The position numbers were made by a program, and so were the translations under genes. The notes under the pieces are model-generated. The model had not been told where the DNA came from, did not search any database, and saw only the letters and a list, made by a program, of their open reading frames with translations. This document shows positions 43,595 to 54,682 of a stretch of DNA of 64,000 nucleotides, one piece after another (position 1 is the stretch's first letter; each line of letters begins with the position of its first letter). This stretch comes from a virus: positions 1 through 64,000 of IMG/VR virus record IMGVR_UViG_3300045431_000601, one strand, 5' to 3'.

Positions 43595-44484
43595 ACAATA
43601 TTCATCAAATATTAACTAACATTGGATATTCTTTAAAGGATTATGGTAGAGAATATAGAACAAGGCCTATTTATAGGGATAGCGACAATGATACCGTCCT
43701 AAGGATTTACAAAGACACAGGGTTTTGGGTTGATTTTAAAGAGAATATTAGTGGAGATTTTGCGTCTTTAATTAAAAAAAGCTTAAATCTTGAGAACATT
43801 CAACAGGCAGAAAATTTTTTAAAAAAATACGAATATTGTCCTCAGGCTAACGCTGTTAAGCAAATAAAAATAAAAGAAAAAAGAGTTTTCGATAAAGAGC
43901 TGCTGTTAAAGCTAGAAAAAGATCAAGACTATTGGCTAAAAAGAAATGTATCAAAAGAAACCCTAGAAGAGTTTCAAGGCGGAATAGCTAAAGCAGGAAA
44001 AATGAAGAATAGATATGTATTCCCAATTTTTAATAGTAAAAAAGAAATTGTTGGGTTCTCTGGAAGAGATATTACAAATTTAAGCAAAATAAAATGGAAA
44101 CACATTGGCGATAAATCGAATTGGTGTTACCCTTTATTTTTAAACATAAACGAACTTAAACAAAGCAGAGAAGTACATCTAATAGAAAGCATTGGGGACT
44201 GTTTGTCTTTGTGGGACGCGGGGATTAAAAACACAATAGTTATCTTTGGGCTGGAGGTGAGTACGGCTATATTAAATATATTGCTTAAAATAGATCCTAA
44301 TATAATTTATATATCATTCAATAATGATCAAAGCAAGAATTTAGCAGGAAATATCGCGGCAGAAAAAGCTCGTAATAAATTGCTAAGGTATTTTGACTCC
44401 AGACAATTAAAAATTAAACTTCCTGATAAAAAAGATTTTGGCGAGATGTCTACAGAAGAAATATTAAAATGGAAAAAAGTTTAA
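43579..44484 (+). CDS. DnaG-type primase (Toprim)
   Basis: NRYVFPI, VGFSGR, IESIGD, FNND, KDFGE. Confidence 0.82.
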   Translation: MEQIVNNIHQILTNIGYSLKDYGREYRTRPIYRDSDNDTVLRIYKDTGFWVDFKENISGDFASLIKKSLNLENIQQAENFLKKYEYCPQANAVKQIKIKEKRVFDKELLLKLEKDQDYWLKRNVSKETLEEFQGGIAKAGKMKNRYVFPIFNSKKEIVGFSGRDITNLSKIKWKHIGDKSNWCYPLFLNINELKQSREVHLIESIGDCLSLWDAGIKNTIVIFGLEVSTAILNILLKIDPNIIYISFNNDQSKNLAGNIAAEKARNKLLRYFDSRQLKIKLPDKKDFGEMSTEEILKWKKV

Positions 44485-45410
44485 AAATTTTATCTGCATC
44501 AAGAATAAAAACCCTAGAGACTTGTTCTTGGGTCTATTGGAATAATTACCATACAAAAGTTCCGCAGGCCCAAAATGATGGAGCCCTAAGGGGCACAATT
44601 TGTCATACGGTTTTTGAATTGCTTTTAGATCCAAAACATAAAAAACATTATAATAAAATAATTAAAAAAAATTCTATTGAAGGCAGTCCAGCGGTGACAA
44701 GACTAATTAAAAAACTTAAATTAAAGGTTGGACTTGATCCTTCGAATTTTGATATTTTAGACCAAATGATTATGGTTGGATTAAAGCACGATTTCTTTGG
44801 GAAAGGAGGCAAGATCATTCAGCCAGAATATCCATTTGAAATTAAAAATGAAAACCCCAAGTATCATATTAAGGGCTTTATAGATAAGCCTATTAAAAAG
44901 AAAAAAGAAATGCATATAATCGACTATAAAAGCTCTAAGTATAAATTTAGGGGAGACGATCTCGAAGCAAATATTCAGGCGATGATGTATAGCTTAGCTA
45001 GTTCAAAAATCTGGCCGAAATTAAAACCTATAGTTAAATTCCTATTTTTAAGATTTCCCAAACAACCAATACAAGAGCTTGTATTTACAGATGATCAATT
45101 AAAGGGGTTCGAACATTATTTAGAGCATATTAATGATTATATAAATAAATTCGATAAAGCTTCTGCCACCACAAATTTTGCTGCAGATTCTGATAAAAAT
45201 AAATGGATGTGTGGAATAGGCGGTTGGAAATGCCCATACAAAGACCCTTATTATTATTACGCCCAATTAAACGCAGATGGCGAAATTGTTAGTACTAGCC
45301 TAATTGATGACTTCAAACCCTTAGAGGGGCATACGATAGAAAAAAGAAAGTACGCAGGATGTCCCAAGTGGAATAATACATCAAGCGATAAAGATGATTT
45401 TTTAGATTGA
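44469..45410 (+). CDS. RecB/Cas4-like PD-(D/E)XK exonuclease
   Basis: SASRIK..C, GTICH, KGFIDK, IIDYKS, QAMMY, C-terminal cysteines. Confidence 0.8.
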   Translation: MEKSLKILSASRIKTLETCSWVYWNNYHTKVPQAQNDGALRGTICHTVFELLLDPKHKKHYNKIIKKNSIEGSPAVTRLIKKLKLKVGLDPSNFDILDQMIMVGLKHDFFGKGGKIIQPEYPFEIKNENPKYHIKGFIDKPIKKKKEMHIIDYKSSKYKFRGDDLEANIQAMMYSLASSKIWPKLKPIVKFLFLRFPKQPIQELVFTDDQLKGFEHYLEHINDYINKFDKASATTNFAADSDKNKWMCGIGGWKCPYKDPYYYYAQLNADGEIVSTSLIDDFKPLEGHTIEKRKYAGCPKWNNTSSDKDDFLD

Positions 45411-45441
45411 CAAATATAAATATATTTAGTAAATATTATAT

Positions 45442-46197
45442 ATGGAAACTATACCGATATTTAAATCTCACTATAGTATAGGTAGGTCTATTTTAACTTT
45501 AGATGACGAAAATAATGGTGAGAATTACCCAGATTCTATAATAGATATCATTAAGTCTAATAATTTAAAAGAACTTTATCTTGTCGAAGATAATATGTCG
45601 TCTTTTCTTGAAGCTTATACCAATACAAAAAAATACGACATAAAATTAAGGTATGGGTTAAGAATTACAGTTACAGATGATATTCTAAAAAAAGACGAAG
45701 AAACAAAAAATAAAGGTTCAAAATTTGTTATTTTTTTTAAAACCGAAGAGGGCTATAAAAAATTAGTAAAAATATTTAGTATAGCGTCTAAAGAAGGTTT
45801 TTATCATTATCCAAGAATAGACTTTAAACACTTAAAGAGTTTATGGAGCGAGAAAGATTTGCTTTTAGCCATTCCATTTTATGATTCTTTTATATTTAAT
45901 AATCTTTTAAAAGGGTTTTTATGCGCACCGCAAACAGACTTTACAAAGCCCACGCTTTTTATAGAAGATAATAAACTTCCTTTTGATTCTTTAATCAAAA
46001 GAAAAGTCATAGAATACGCTAAAGAAAACGATTTAGAAACATTAAACGTAAAAAGCATTTATTATAAATCCAAAAAAGATTTTAAAGCTTATCTAACCTT
46101 TAGATGCATAAATATTAGGAGCACACTTAACAAGCCAGAGCTAGAACATATGTCTAGTTCTGAATTTTGTGTAGAAAGCTGGAAAGAAATTAAATAA
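45442..46197 (+). CDS. stand-alone PHP domain of DNA polymerase III alpha
   Basis: KSHYSIG, EGYKKLVKIFS.A..EGFYHYPRID. Confidence 0.8.
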   Translation: METIPIFKSHYSIGRSILTLDDENNGENYPDSIIDIIKSNNLKELYLVEDNMSSFLEAYTNTKKYDIKLRYGLRITVTDDILKKDEETKNKGSKFVIFFKTEEGYKKLVKIFSIASKEGFYHYPRIDFKHLKSLWSEKDLLLAIPFYDSFIFNNLLKGFLCAPQTDFTKPTLFIEDNKLPFDSLIKRKVIEYAKENDLETLNVKSIYYKSKKDFKAYLTFRCINIRSTLNKPELEHMSSSEFCVESWKEIK

Positions 46198-46198
46198 T

Positions 46199-46837
46199 AT
46201 GGACGAACATCTCTTAAGATATGATAAGAATAAAAGGTATGTATTTATAGACTGTGAAACACTAAATCTATGTTTGAGCTTCGCCCATAATCTACCATGG
46301 CAAATAGGGATGATTAAAACCAAAGGAGATAGAAAAGAAGACAGCAAAAATTTTTATATTAAATGGGACACAGATCTTAAAATTAGTCAGGATGCCGCAA
46401 GAATAACTAGATATGACCCCAAAAGAATAGAGAAAATAGGATTAAAAATTGAAGAAGTATTTCCAACTGTAAAAGATTGGCTTGACCACGCAGACTATAT
46501 TGTTGGACATAATATATTAGGATTTGACGTTTACTTAATTAAAGAGCTATACCAAGAAATGGGGTGTCACTGGGATCATCTAATGAATAAAATTATTGAC
46601 ACAAATTGTATAGCAAGAGGGATAAAATACGGAATACATTTAAAAAAGAAAGATGATATTCTAGAATATCAATATAAAATATTGCACACAAGAAGGAAGG
46701 ACGTAAAAAGCTCTTTGACTTATCTTGGCAAAGAATACGGGATAGAACATGATTATGAGAATTTACATGACGCCCTAAATGATCTTGACTTAAATATAAA
46801 AGTATGGGATAAATTAAAGTGGCAAATAGAGATATAA
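46199..46837 (+). CDS. DnaQ-like 3'-5' exonuclease (DEDDh)
   Basis: FIDCET, VGHNILGFD, IIDT, LHDALND. Confidence 0.88.
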   Translation: MDEHLLRYDKNKRYVFIDCETLNLCLSFAHNLPWQIGMIKTKGDRKEDSKNFYIKWDTDLKISQDAARITRYDPKRIEKIGLKIEEVFPTVKDWLDHADYIVGHNILGFDVYLIKELYQEMGCHWDHLMNKIIDTNCIARGIKYGIHLKKKDDILEYQYKILHTRRKDVKSSLTYLGKEYGIEHDYENLHDALNDLDLNIKVWDKLKWQIEI

Positions 46838-46841
46838 TTAC

Positions 46842-47060
46842 ATGGCATCGCTAGACGACATATACGATTTGGTTGATAAATTAGATAAGTCTAAGACAGA
46901 ATATCTATTAGTTTCTATTCAGAAGGGGAAAAAGAATGGTAAGGCGGATGTTTTTTATAATTTAGAAGATAATAATTCATTAAAAATTTTAGCTAAGGGC
47001 TTAGAGCTTTTAAACCAAAAAATAGAGCAAGACAAGAGAGATGGAAACTTCGATAAATAA
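46842..47060 (+). CDS. hypothetical protein
   Basis: 72 aa, packed between exonuclease and polymerase. Confidence 0.65.
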   Translation: MASLDDIYDLVDKLDKSKTEYLLVSIQKGKKNGKADVFYNLEDNNSLKILAKGLELLNQKIEQDKRDGNFDK

Positions 47061-49614
47061 TAAAACTTTTAGCGATAAATTTAAAGAGGTCTCTTTACCT
47101 TTTCACGGGGTAAGGCTTCCGGAATTTAAAATAGAAGATAGATATAAACACGAATTAGGAATTAGCGAAGATTCAGACAATTATTCCTTCTTAAGGGCTT
47201 TGATACTCAAGGGCTTAAAACGATTAAAACTAGAAAGCGATTCATCTTTGCGCCAAGCCCATCTAAATAGAATAAAATATGAATTAGAAACTATTAAAGA
47301 TTTAGGATTTATTGATTATATCTTATTGGTTTGGTATGTTATTAATTACTGCAAAGAAAATAATATTCCTGTCGGTCTTGGAAGAGGGTCAGCCGCAGGG
47401 TCTCTGATCCTATTCTTAATTGGAGTTACTCAAATAGATAGTTTAAAATATAACCTTTATTTTGAAAGATTTATATCTAAAATTAGAGCTAAAAAGCAAG
47501 AAGTCGATGGCGTAATGTATCTTGATGGCTCTTTAATGTGCGACGTAGACCTAGATATTTGTTATTATAATAGACATAAAGTATTGCAACATCTAGAAGA
47601 GAAATTTAAAGGAAAAACGAGTAAAATATTAACCTTAAATAGTCTTAGCGGAAGGCTTTTAATAAAAGAATGCGGTAAAATAGTAGAAGAAAAAGAAGAA
47701 GAAGAAATGACTGCGGTATCTGGCATGATACCAAAAACATACGGACAGGTTAAAGATATTGAAGAGGCCTATGATGAATCGCCAAAATTTAAAAAATGGG
47801 TAGACGAAAATAAGAGCATTTATAATGTAGCTCTTAAACTTAGAAATTTAATTAAAAATAAAGGAGTTCATCCATCTGGAGTTTTACTATCTGCAGATCT
47901 ATTAGAAGAATCTTGTCCTACAGAATTTTCTAGCGATAAAGAATCTGTTTCCTCATTTGACATGAATTGGGTAAGTTTATTTAATATTAAACTAGATATT
48001 CTTGGCTTAAGAAGCGTTTCTGTCGTTGACGATGTTTGCAAGCAGATTGGTATTAAAATAACCGATATAGATCTTAATGACCCATCAATATACAGGTCTT
48101 TGCAAGACCTGAGAACTCCTCATGGATTATTCCAAATAGAAGCAGACACCAACTTCAGAGTTTGTAAACAAGTTAAGCCCAAGAATTTAGAAGAGCTTAG
48201 CGCGGTATTAGCTTTAGCCAGACCTGGAGCTCTAGATTTCGTATCTACTTACGCAAGATACACCAACACAGGACAATACGAAGCGATACATCCATTTTTT
48301 GACGACATTTTAAAACAAACGGGTGGCGTAGCTTTGTATCAAGAGCAGCTAATGCAAATGGCTAATAAGATTGGATTTACTTTAGACGAAGCAGAAATTT
48401 TAAGAAGAATCGTGGGCAAAAAGAAGATTGAAGAAGTGAAAGAATGGAGATCTAAAATTAAAAATAAATGCAAAGAGAATAATGCGCCCAAAGAAGTAAG
48501 TGATATTTTATGGAAGATTCTCGAAGATTCCGCTAATTATTCATTTAATAAATCTCATTCAATCGCATACGCTGCCTTAGCTGCGTGTACGATTTATTTA
48601 AAATTTAATTATCCAAAACAGTTTTTTCTTTCTTTATTAAAAATGACTAGACACGAACCCGATTCAATTGGAGAAATATCTAAGATTCAAAAGGAGATGA
48701 TGGTTTTTAATATAAAATTGCTTCGCCCACATATTATAAAATCAGATATGGATTTTTCGATTGAAGGAGAAGATATTAGGTTTGGGCTTTTGTCTGTCAA
48801 AGGCATATCAGATAAATCTATAGAAAAATTGAATAGCTTTAGAAATAGATATTCAAATAAATTTGATATTTTTGAGGCCGCGGAACAGTCTGATTTAAAT
48901 ATAGGGGTTTTATCCTCTTTAATACAAGCAGGAGCTTTAACCGGATTTAAACAATCCAGATCGAAGATAGTACTAGAAGCTCAACTATGGAACATTTTAA
49001 ATATAAAAGAAAAGAAATATTGCATTAATTTTGCAGAGAAATTTGATTATGATTTAATTAGAATTATTAAACATTTAAATTCATTTACAGACGAGAAGAA
49101 TACCGTTGTAATCAAAAGCTCTAGACTTGAAACAATAAAGAAAAAATATACTCCATATCTAAACATATATAATCAAAACAGCAAAAGCGAGAGTTTCGCT
49201 AATTGGTATTACGAGAAGAGACTCTTGGGTTATACTTATGAAAAATCACTAAAACAAATCTTTGCAGAAAAAAGAGAGGATTTAATGTCTATTCAAGAGG
49301 TTGTAAATGCCCCAATTAATTCTAAAGTAGCTTTTGTGGGAGAAGTCATCGACGCTTTTTCTGGTACGGCTAATAACGAAAAAAAGACTAGATTTCTTCG
49401 CATAAAAATATCAGACGAAACTAATAGTATAAATACTTTACTTTTTAATGATAGAATTGATACAAATAAAAGCCTTAATAACAACAAGAAGTTCGAGGAG
49501 ACAAATATTGTAATAGTTAAAGGGACAAAGAAAGAAGACGCAGTTTTTGCTGATCTGGTAGCTATTCAAGATCAAAAGATATATATGAAGCTCAGCGAAT
49601 TAAAAAAGTCTTGA
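47041..49614 (+). CDS. dnaE: DNA polymerase III alpha subunit core (no PHP domain)
   Basis: GRGSAAGS, DVDLD, GVHPSG, KLDILGL, GLFQIE, LARPG, YQEQ, YSFNKSHS. Confidence 0.93.
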   Translation: METSINNKTFSDKFKEVSLPFHGVRLPEFKIEDRYKHELGISEDSDNYSFLRALILKGLKRLKLESDSSLRQAHLNRIKYELETIKDLGFIDYILLVWYVINYCKENNIPVGLGRGSAAGSLILFLIGVTQIDSLKYNLYFERFISKIRAKKQEVDGVMYLDGSLMCDVDLDICYYNRHKVLQHLEEKFKGKTSKILTLNSLSGRLLIKECGKIVEEKEEEEMTAVSGMIPKTYGQVKDIEEAYDESPKFKKWVDENKSIYNVALKLRNLIKNKGVHPSGVLLSADLLEESCPTEFSSDKESVSSFDMNWVSLFNIKLDILGLRSVSVVDDVCKQIGIKITDIDLNDPSIYRSLQDLRTPHGLFQIEADTNFRVCKQVKPKNLEELSAVLALARPGALDFVSTYARYTNTGQYEAIHPFFDDILKQTGGVALYQEQLMQMANKIGFTLDEAEILRRIVGKKKIEEVKEWRSKIKNKCKENNAPKEVSDILWKILEDSANYSFNKSHSIAYAALAACTIYLKFNYPKQFFLSLLKMTRHEPDSIGEISKIQKEMMVFNIKLLRPHIIKSDMDFSIEGEDIRFGLLSVKGISDKSIEKLNSFRNRYSNKFDIFEAAEQSDLNIGVLSSLIQAGALTGFKQSRSKIVLEAQLWNILNIKEKKYCINFAEKFDYDLIRIIKHLNSFTDEKNTVVIKSSRLETIKKKYTPYLNIYNQNSKSESFANWYYEKRLLGYTYEKSLKQIFAEKREDLMSIQEVVNAPINSKVAFVGEVIDAFSGTANNEKKTRFLRIKISDETNSINTLLFNDRIDTNKSLNNNKKFEETNIVIVKGTKKEDAVFADLVAIQDQKIYMKLSELKKS

Positions 49615-49645
49615 CTTTTTAGATTATATGTTATATTATCATTAA

Positions 49646-50203
49646 ATGATATCTTTTTATAAGCCTAATAGCAAAAATACAGGCACAGCCTGTAGCTTCT
49701 CTGTAAATCCTAAAGATGGCTCTATATGGAGTTCTTTGATTAAGCAAAGCTCTTGGAATGAAGCCAAAAAAATAGGTTCTTTCTCAGAGAACCAGAATAA
49801 TCCAAATAAAAGCGTTAAAATTAAATTTTCGCTTACTGAAGCCGCGGGTATACTAGACGCCTTAGAAAGGCAAGCAGAGTTTTCTGCTTATCATACTTCA
49901 GAGAAACAATCCACCCAGATTAAATTCTCTCCTTATGTTAAGGACGGCAAACACGTTGGATATTCTTATATAGTAAATAAAACCGACAAACAAAATAGCG
50001 AAAACAAACAATCCTACTTGATAGGATTTTATTTTAATGAAGCCAGACTGATAAAAGAATTTATATCTTATTCTTTAAATTCCGTATTTGAATCACAAAG
50101 AGTAGATACAATTAAAAAATTAAAAAATAAGCCGAAAGATCCGCGAGAAGAAGTTTCTGAACAAAAAAATAGCGAGGACGATATAGACGGTGAATTGTGG
50201 TGA
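49646..50203 (+). CDS. hypothetical protein, possible ssDNA-binding protein
   Basis: Beta-rich, acidic C-terminus EDDIDGELW, own sigma70-like promoter, next to dnaE. Confidence 0.5.
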   Translation: MISFYKPNSKNTGTACSFSVNPKDGSIWSSLIKQSSWNEAKKIGSFSENQNNPNKSVKIKFSLTEAAGILDALERQAEFSAYHTSEKQSTQIKFSPYVKDGKHVGYSYIVNKTDKQNSENKQSYLIGFYFNEARLIKEFISYSLNSVFESQRVDTIKKLKNKPKDPREEVSEQKNSEDDIDGELW

Positions 50204-52107
50204 AGAAAAAGATTCTCTATCATTCAGATTTTTCTTTAAGCAAAACTGGCTTTGGAAAGACAGCAAGAACAATATTAACTTATTTATATAACACTGGTAA
50301 ATACGATATTGTTCACTATTCCTGCGGAGTTCCTAAAAATCACATCGAGCTCCAAAGAACCCCATGGAAATCTGTCGGGACATTACCAGATGATTCACAA
50401 GTTTTAGAGAATTTACAGAAAGACCCCAACGCACTAAGAATGGCTAGTTATGGGTTTAATCATATAGATGAAATAATAAAAAATGAAAAACCAGATTTTT
50501 ATATTGGGGTCCAAGATATATGGGGAGTAGATTATTCAATATCAAAGCCTTGGTTTAAAAAAATTAATTCTGTTATTTGGACCACTCTAGACTCCTTGCC
50601 TATTTTAGATTCTGCTATAAAATATGCTCCAAAAATTAAAAACTATTGGATCTGGAGCGATTTTGCTACAAAAGCCCTTAATGATATGGGACATAAACAT
50701 GTTAAAACTATGCATGGCCCCGTAGACGTTTCAAATTTTTTTAGATTGTCAGATAAAAAAAGATCTGATTTAAGAGAAAGGTTTAATATCAATAAAAATA
50801 AATTTATAATTGGATTTGTATTTAGAAATCAATTAAGAAAAAGCGCTCCAAACCTAATTGAAGGATATGCTATATGGAAAAATAAAAATAATATAAAAAA
50901 TAGCGCTCTACTTTTGCACACCCACTTTGGAGAGGGATGGAACATAATGAAACTGGCAAAAGAGTACAATATAGATAGTAAAGAAATATATACGACATAT
51001 ATTTGTAAAAAATGTAAAAATTATGAAGTAAAACCTTTCGAAGGAGAAGGTTTAGATTGTCCGTTTTGTAATGAAAAGAAAAGTCAATTCACAACAAGCG
51101 TAAATCTTGGGGTATCTGAAAATCATTTAAACGAAATATACAATCTCATGGACGTGTACTGTCATCCTTTTACAAGCGGTGGGCAAGAAATTCCAATACA
51201 AGAAGCCAAGCTTACAGAATTAATTACTTTAGTTACAAACTATTCATGTGGAGAAGCCATGTGCGCACCAGAAGCATGCTCATTAACTTTAGATTGGTCA
51301 GAATACAGAGAACACGGAACAGAGTTTATTAAAGCTTCTACTAATCCGCAATCTATTGCACAACAATTAAAAGTTGTGTACGAAATGGATCTAAATAAGA
51401 AAAACGAAATGGGTGCAAAAGCGAGAGAGTGGACAATTAAAAATTATTCAGTTAAATCTATAGGAGAGAAAATAGAGTCATTTTTAGAATCAAATCCTAG
51501 AGTAGATTATAAGTTTGATTTTGAAGAAGAAAAGAAAGATCCATTTACTATCATTCCAGATATTGCAGATGATAAAGAATGGTTAAAATATTTATACGCA
51601 AAGATCTTAAAAAGACCAGAAGTAGACGAAGACGATGATGGCCATAAATATTGGATAGAACAAATCTCAAAAGGAGTCAAGAGAGAAGCAATAGAAAAGT
51701 ATTTTAGAGACGTTGCTTTTAAGGAAAACGAGTCTTTAGGCAAAAAATTTGAAGATTTACTTTTTGAACATGACAAAGGAAAAAGAATATTATACGTAAT
51801 GCCAGAAGACGCAAATAACGTTTTCCTGTCCAGTTCGATATTTGAATCAATTAAAAATACTTACACTGATCATACTCTATATGTTGCAACCAAGAAAGAG
51901 TATACTTCTATACTAGACGGAAATCCATTCGTAGATAAAGTTTTACCATATATACCTCAAATGGATTCTTTACCTTGGCTAGAAGGAGCAGGTCATCATG
52001 AGGGCTATTTTGAGATAGCTTTTGTCCCGCATTTAAATTTAATTAATCAAAAAGATTTTATTCACAACGGCAAAACAAAAATAGAATATAATATATGCAC
52101 ATTATAG
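50197..52107 (+). CDS. multidomain GT-B glycosyltransferase with zinc-ribbon insert
   Basis: TGFG, FRNQLRK, CKKC..CPFC insert, SGGQEIPIQEA; C-terminal GT9-like segment (ILDGNPFVDKV). Confidence 0.78.
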   Translation: MVKKKILYHSDFSLSKTGFGKTARTILTYLYNTGKYDIVHYSCGVPKNHIELQRTPWKSVGTLPDDSQVLENLQKDPNALRMASYGFNHIDEIIKNEKPDFYIGVQDIWGVDYSISKPWFKKINSVIWTTLDSLPILDSAIKYAPKIKNYWIWSDFATKALNDMGHKHVKTMHGPVDVSNFFRLSDKKRSDLRERFNINKNKFIIGFVFRNQLRKSAPNLIEGYAIWKNKNNIKNSALLLHTHFGEGWNIMKLAKEYNIDSKEIYTTYICKKCKNYEVKPFEGEGLDCPFCNEKKSQFTTSVNLGVSENHLNEIYNLMDVYCHPFTSGGQEIPIQEAKLTELITLVTNYSCGEAMCAPEACSLTLDWSEYREHGTEFIKASTNPQSIAQQLKVVYEMDLNKKNEMGAKAREWTIKNYSVKSIGEKIESFLESNPRVDYKFDFEEEKKDPFTIIPDIADDKEWLKYLYAKILKRPEVDEDDDGHKYWIEQISKGVKREAIEKYFRDVAFKENESLGKKFEDLLFEHDKGKRILYVMPEDANNVFLSSSIFESIKNTYTDHTLYVATKKEYTSILDGNPFVDKVLPYIPQMDSLPWLEGAGHHEGYFEIAFVPHLNLINQKDFIHNGKTKIEYNICTL

Positions 52108-53234
52108 AAAAAATATCTACAAATACTGGTCTTAAAATAAAGAAGCCGTTTATATATGAGAAATTTTTTCCTTTAGACATTCAAAAATATATTATATTTA
52201 ATCCTAAAAGCTCAGAGGACGTAAAAAATTATGATTATTGGGATAGAGTATTAGATATTTTAAATTTTTATTTAAAAGAAAAGGATATAACTATCATACA
52301 GATTGGCGAGAAAAGAAGCGAAGACTATTCAGTAGGAGTAAACTTGACAGGAGCAACAGATCATAACACAAACGCCTACTTAATAAAAAATTCCTTGTTG
52401 TATCTAGGAACAGACGCGGTTGAGATGCAAGTTGCCTCTTCATTTAATATAAAAATATGCTCTTTAGTAAGTAATTATTACTTAGAAAATGTTAAGCCCT
52501 ACTGGTCTAAATCAGAAGATACGAGAATGCTTCAACCAAAAACTAATATAAAACCAAACTTTAGTTCCCAAGAAGGAACCAAGAGGATTAATACAATTCT
52601 TCCTGAGGATATAGCTTATAACGCCCTTGATCTTTTAGGGATTACCCATGAGAAGACTATAAAGACTTTATATATTGGTAAAAATTTCCATAATAAAACT
52701 TTTGAGATTATTCCTGATGGTAAAGTTAGCCTCAAAGATATACCGACAAATGTACCAATCGTGAGAATGGATTATCATTTTAACGGGGTCGTGCTAGAGT
52801 ATATCTTATCGCAAAAAAAAGCCATAATAATTACCAATAAAGAAATAGATATAGATTTATTAAAAAACTATAAAACGAATATTCAAACCATCATATATGT
52901 AATTGAAGAAAAAAATGAGCCGCGCTTTGTGAGTCAAATGGAGAATTTAGGCATAGATTATTCTCTCGTATCCTATTTAAAAGACATAAACCATTTAAAA
53001 ATTAAATATATTGATTTTAAATTAATTAACCATATACAGCTTAACACAAAGTCTCCTTTTGAAAATGGAGATAAAGATAATCTTTTCATATCTAATAGAT
53101 TATTGTTATCGTCTAAAGGCATTTTTAATACAAAATATACATATTTAAAATTAAGTAATACCAATCAAGTTCCGGATGATCCTTTGTTTTGGGGAGAAGC
53201 AGATAATGTTTTTATTTACAAAAATAAAAAATAA
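52095..53234 (+). CDS. GT9-like glycosyltransferase domain protein
   Basis: KNYDYW, IIQIG, NLTG, YLGTD, INTILPEDI. Confidence 0.6.
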   Translation: MHIIEKISTNTGLKIKKPFIYEKFFPLDIQKYIIFNPKSSEDVKNYDYWDRVLDILNFYLKEKDITIIQIGEKRSEDYSVGVNLTGATDHNTNAYLIKNSLLYLGTDAVEMQVASSFNIKICSLVSNYYLENVKPYWSKSEDTRMLQPKTNIKPNFSSQEGTKRINTILPEDIAYNALDLLGITHEKTIKTLYIGKNFHNKTFEIIPDGKVSLKDIPTNVPIVRMDYHFNGVVLEYILSQKKAIIITNKEIDIDLLKNYKTNIQTIIYVIEEKNEPRFVSQMENLGIDYSLVSYLKDINHLKIKYIDFKLINHIQLNTKSPFENGDKDNLFISNRLLLSSKGIFNTKYTYLKLSNTNQVPDDPLFWGEADNVFIYKNKK

Positions 53235-53252
53235 TGTTATTATAAATAAACT

Positions 53253-53861
53253 ATGGAAAATTTTAATCAAACATGGTGGGATAAAAATTTAGAATCTAGA
53301 TTAAACGAATTTATCGGATGGGTAGGAGACGAAAATAGACATTCAAAAGTTTTTATTAGAAAATATGTAATTTCAAAGGCTTATAAAAGTTTAGTTGACT
53401 TAGGCTGTGGTACTGCCTCAGAATTTTTTGGATACAAAAAAGATTATCCCGAATTAAAATATTTAGGCGTTGATAGCAGCTCTTTCTTAAACAAGAGAGG
53501 TATGGAATTAGGCGTGCCTATGCTGCGATCAAACATTGAAAACGTTAATCTTCTAGATAGTAGCTATGAAGTAGCTTTTTCTAGGCACGTTTTAGAGCAT
53601 CAGCCTAGTTATAAAAACGGATTAAATGAATTAATTAGAATAGCCTCAAAAGAGGCTATTCATGTATTTTTTATTCCCCCACAAGAAGCACCAGAGCACA
53701 TTGATTATAATGCAACAGAAAATCTTTATAATAATAGATATAATTTAAAAGATATAGAGAATTATATTAAAAATAATAAAAAAGTTAAATCTTTTGATTG
53801 GATTGATTGCTCTGCTAATGGATACAACCCAGAAGTAGCTTTATGCATAAAAGTTTTATGA
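53253..53861 (+). CDS. class I SAM-dependent methyltransferase
   Basis: LVDLGCGT, YLGVDSS, SRHVLEH. Confidence 0.85.
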   Translation: MENFNQTWWDKNLESRLNEFIGWVGDENRHSKVFIRKYVISKAYKSLVDLGCGTASEFFGYKKDYPELKYLGVDSSSFLNKRGMELGVPMLRSNIENVNLLDSSYEVAFSRHVLEHQPSYKNGLNELIRIASKEAIHVFFIPPQEAPEHIDYNATENLYNNRYNLKDIENYIKNNKKVKSFDWIDCSANGYNPEVALCIKVL

Positions 53862-53897
53862 TTGACAGTCTTATAAGATTAATATAGAATATAGAAT

Positions 53898-54680
53898 ATG
53901 GAAGAAAAAACAGAATCCACAGTAATTCAGCCTAATATAGAATTTTCTTACACAGGAGAAGTCCCTGTTGAAGAGCCTAGAGATAGGCCATTCAAAACAA
54001 TAACAAGAAACAAATACGGCCTCGTGGAGGACGACTCTATCTCTTATATTTTTAACGAAGACAATTCAATTAATTGGAGGGCTATGGTAAAAAGCCAATA
54101 TCTTGTTCCGAATAGGCAAAAAACACAAGAGACAGATGTATCGAAGTTAGAAGATAAGGATTTGCTAATCCTTTTGGGAGGTATTAAAGAGCTAGCTCAG
54201 ATTAGGGGATACACGGATGTATCTTATCATGTCGTAGCTGCCTCGGATAATTATTTTGCTACATCATGTAAAATAAAATGGATTCCAAATTACGAGACAG
54301 AAGGAAGATCAATAACTTTTGAAGCTTTGGCAGACGCTACCCCTAACAACACCAAAAATTTTGCTAGATTCTTTCTAGCTGCAATAGCAGAGAATAGAGC
54401 CTTTGTAAGATGCGTTAGAAATTTTCTAAAGATAAATATTGTTTCACAAGAAGAATTAGGGGACGCCAAATTAATAGACGAAAGTCCTTCTCAACAGGAG
54501 AATATTATATCTCCTCATGTTCTCTTGGAAAAAGCAATGAGAGAAAAGGGCATATCCTTTGATCAATTAAAAAAGAAATTAATCAAAGAAAAATATGAGA
54601 ACGCAGACTCTATAGAATCTATAAAAGATATTTCAAAAAATAAGATATTTGAACTAATAGAAAGAGTTAAGAAATCTTAA
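53898..54680 (+). CDS. hypothetical protein, possibly ssDNA-annealing
   Basis: 260 aa; FEALADA..AIAENRAFVRCVRNFL resembles annealase AExRAxxRA helices; own promoter. Confidence 0.45.
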   Translation: MEEKTESTVIQPNIEFSYTGEVPVEEPRDRPFKTITRNKYGLVEDDSISYIFNEDNSINWRAMVKSQYLVPNRQKTQETDVSKLEDKDLLILLGGIKELAQIRGYTDVSYHVVAASDNYFATSCKIKWIPNYETEGRSITFEALADATPNNTKNFARFFLAAIAENRAFVRCVRNFLKINIVSQEELGDAKLIDESPSQQENIISPHVLLEKAMREKGISFDQLKKKLIKEKYENADSIESIKDISKNKIFELIERVKKS

Positions 54681-54682
54681 GG

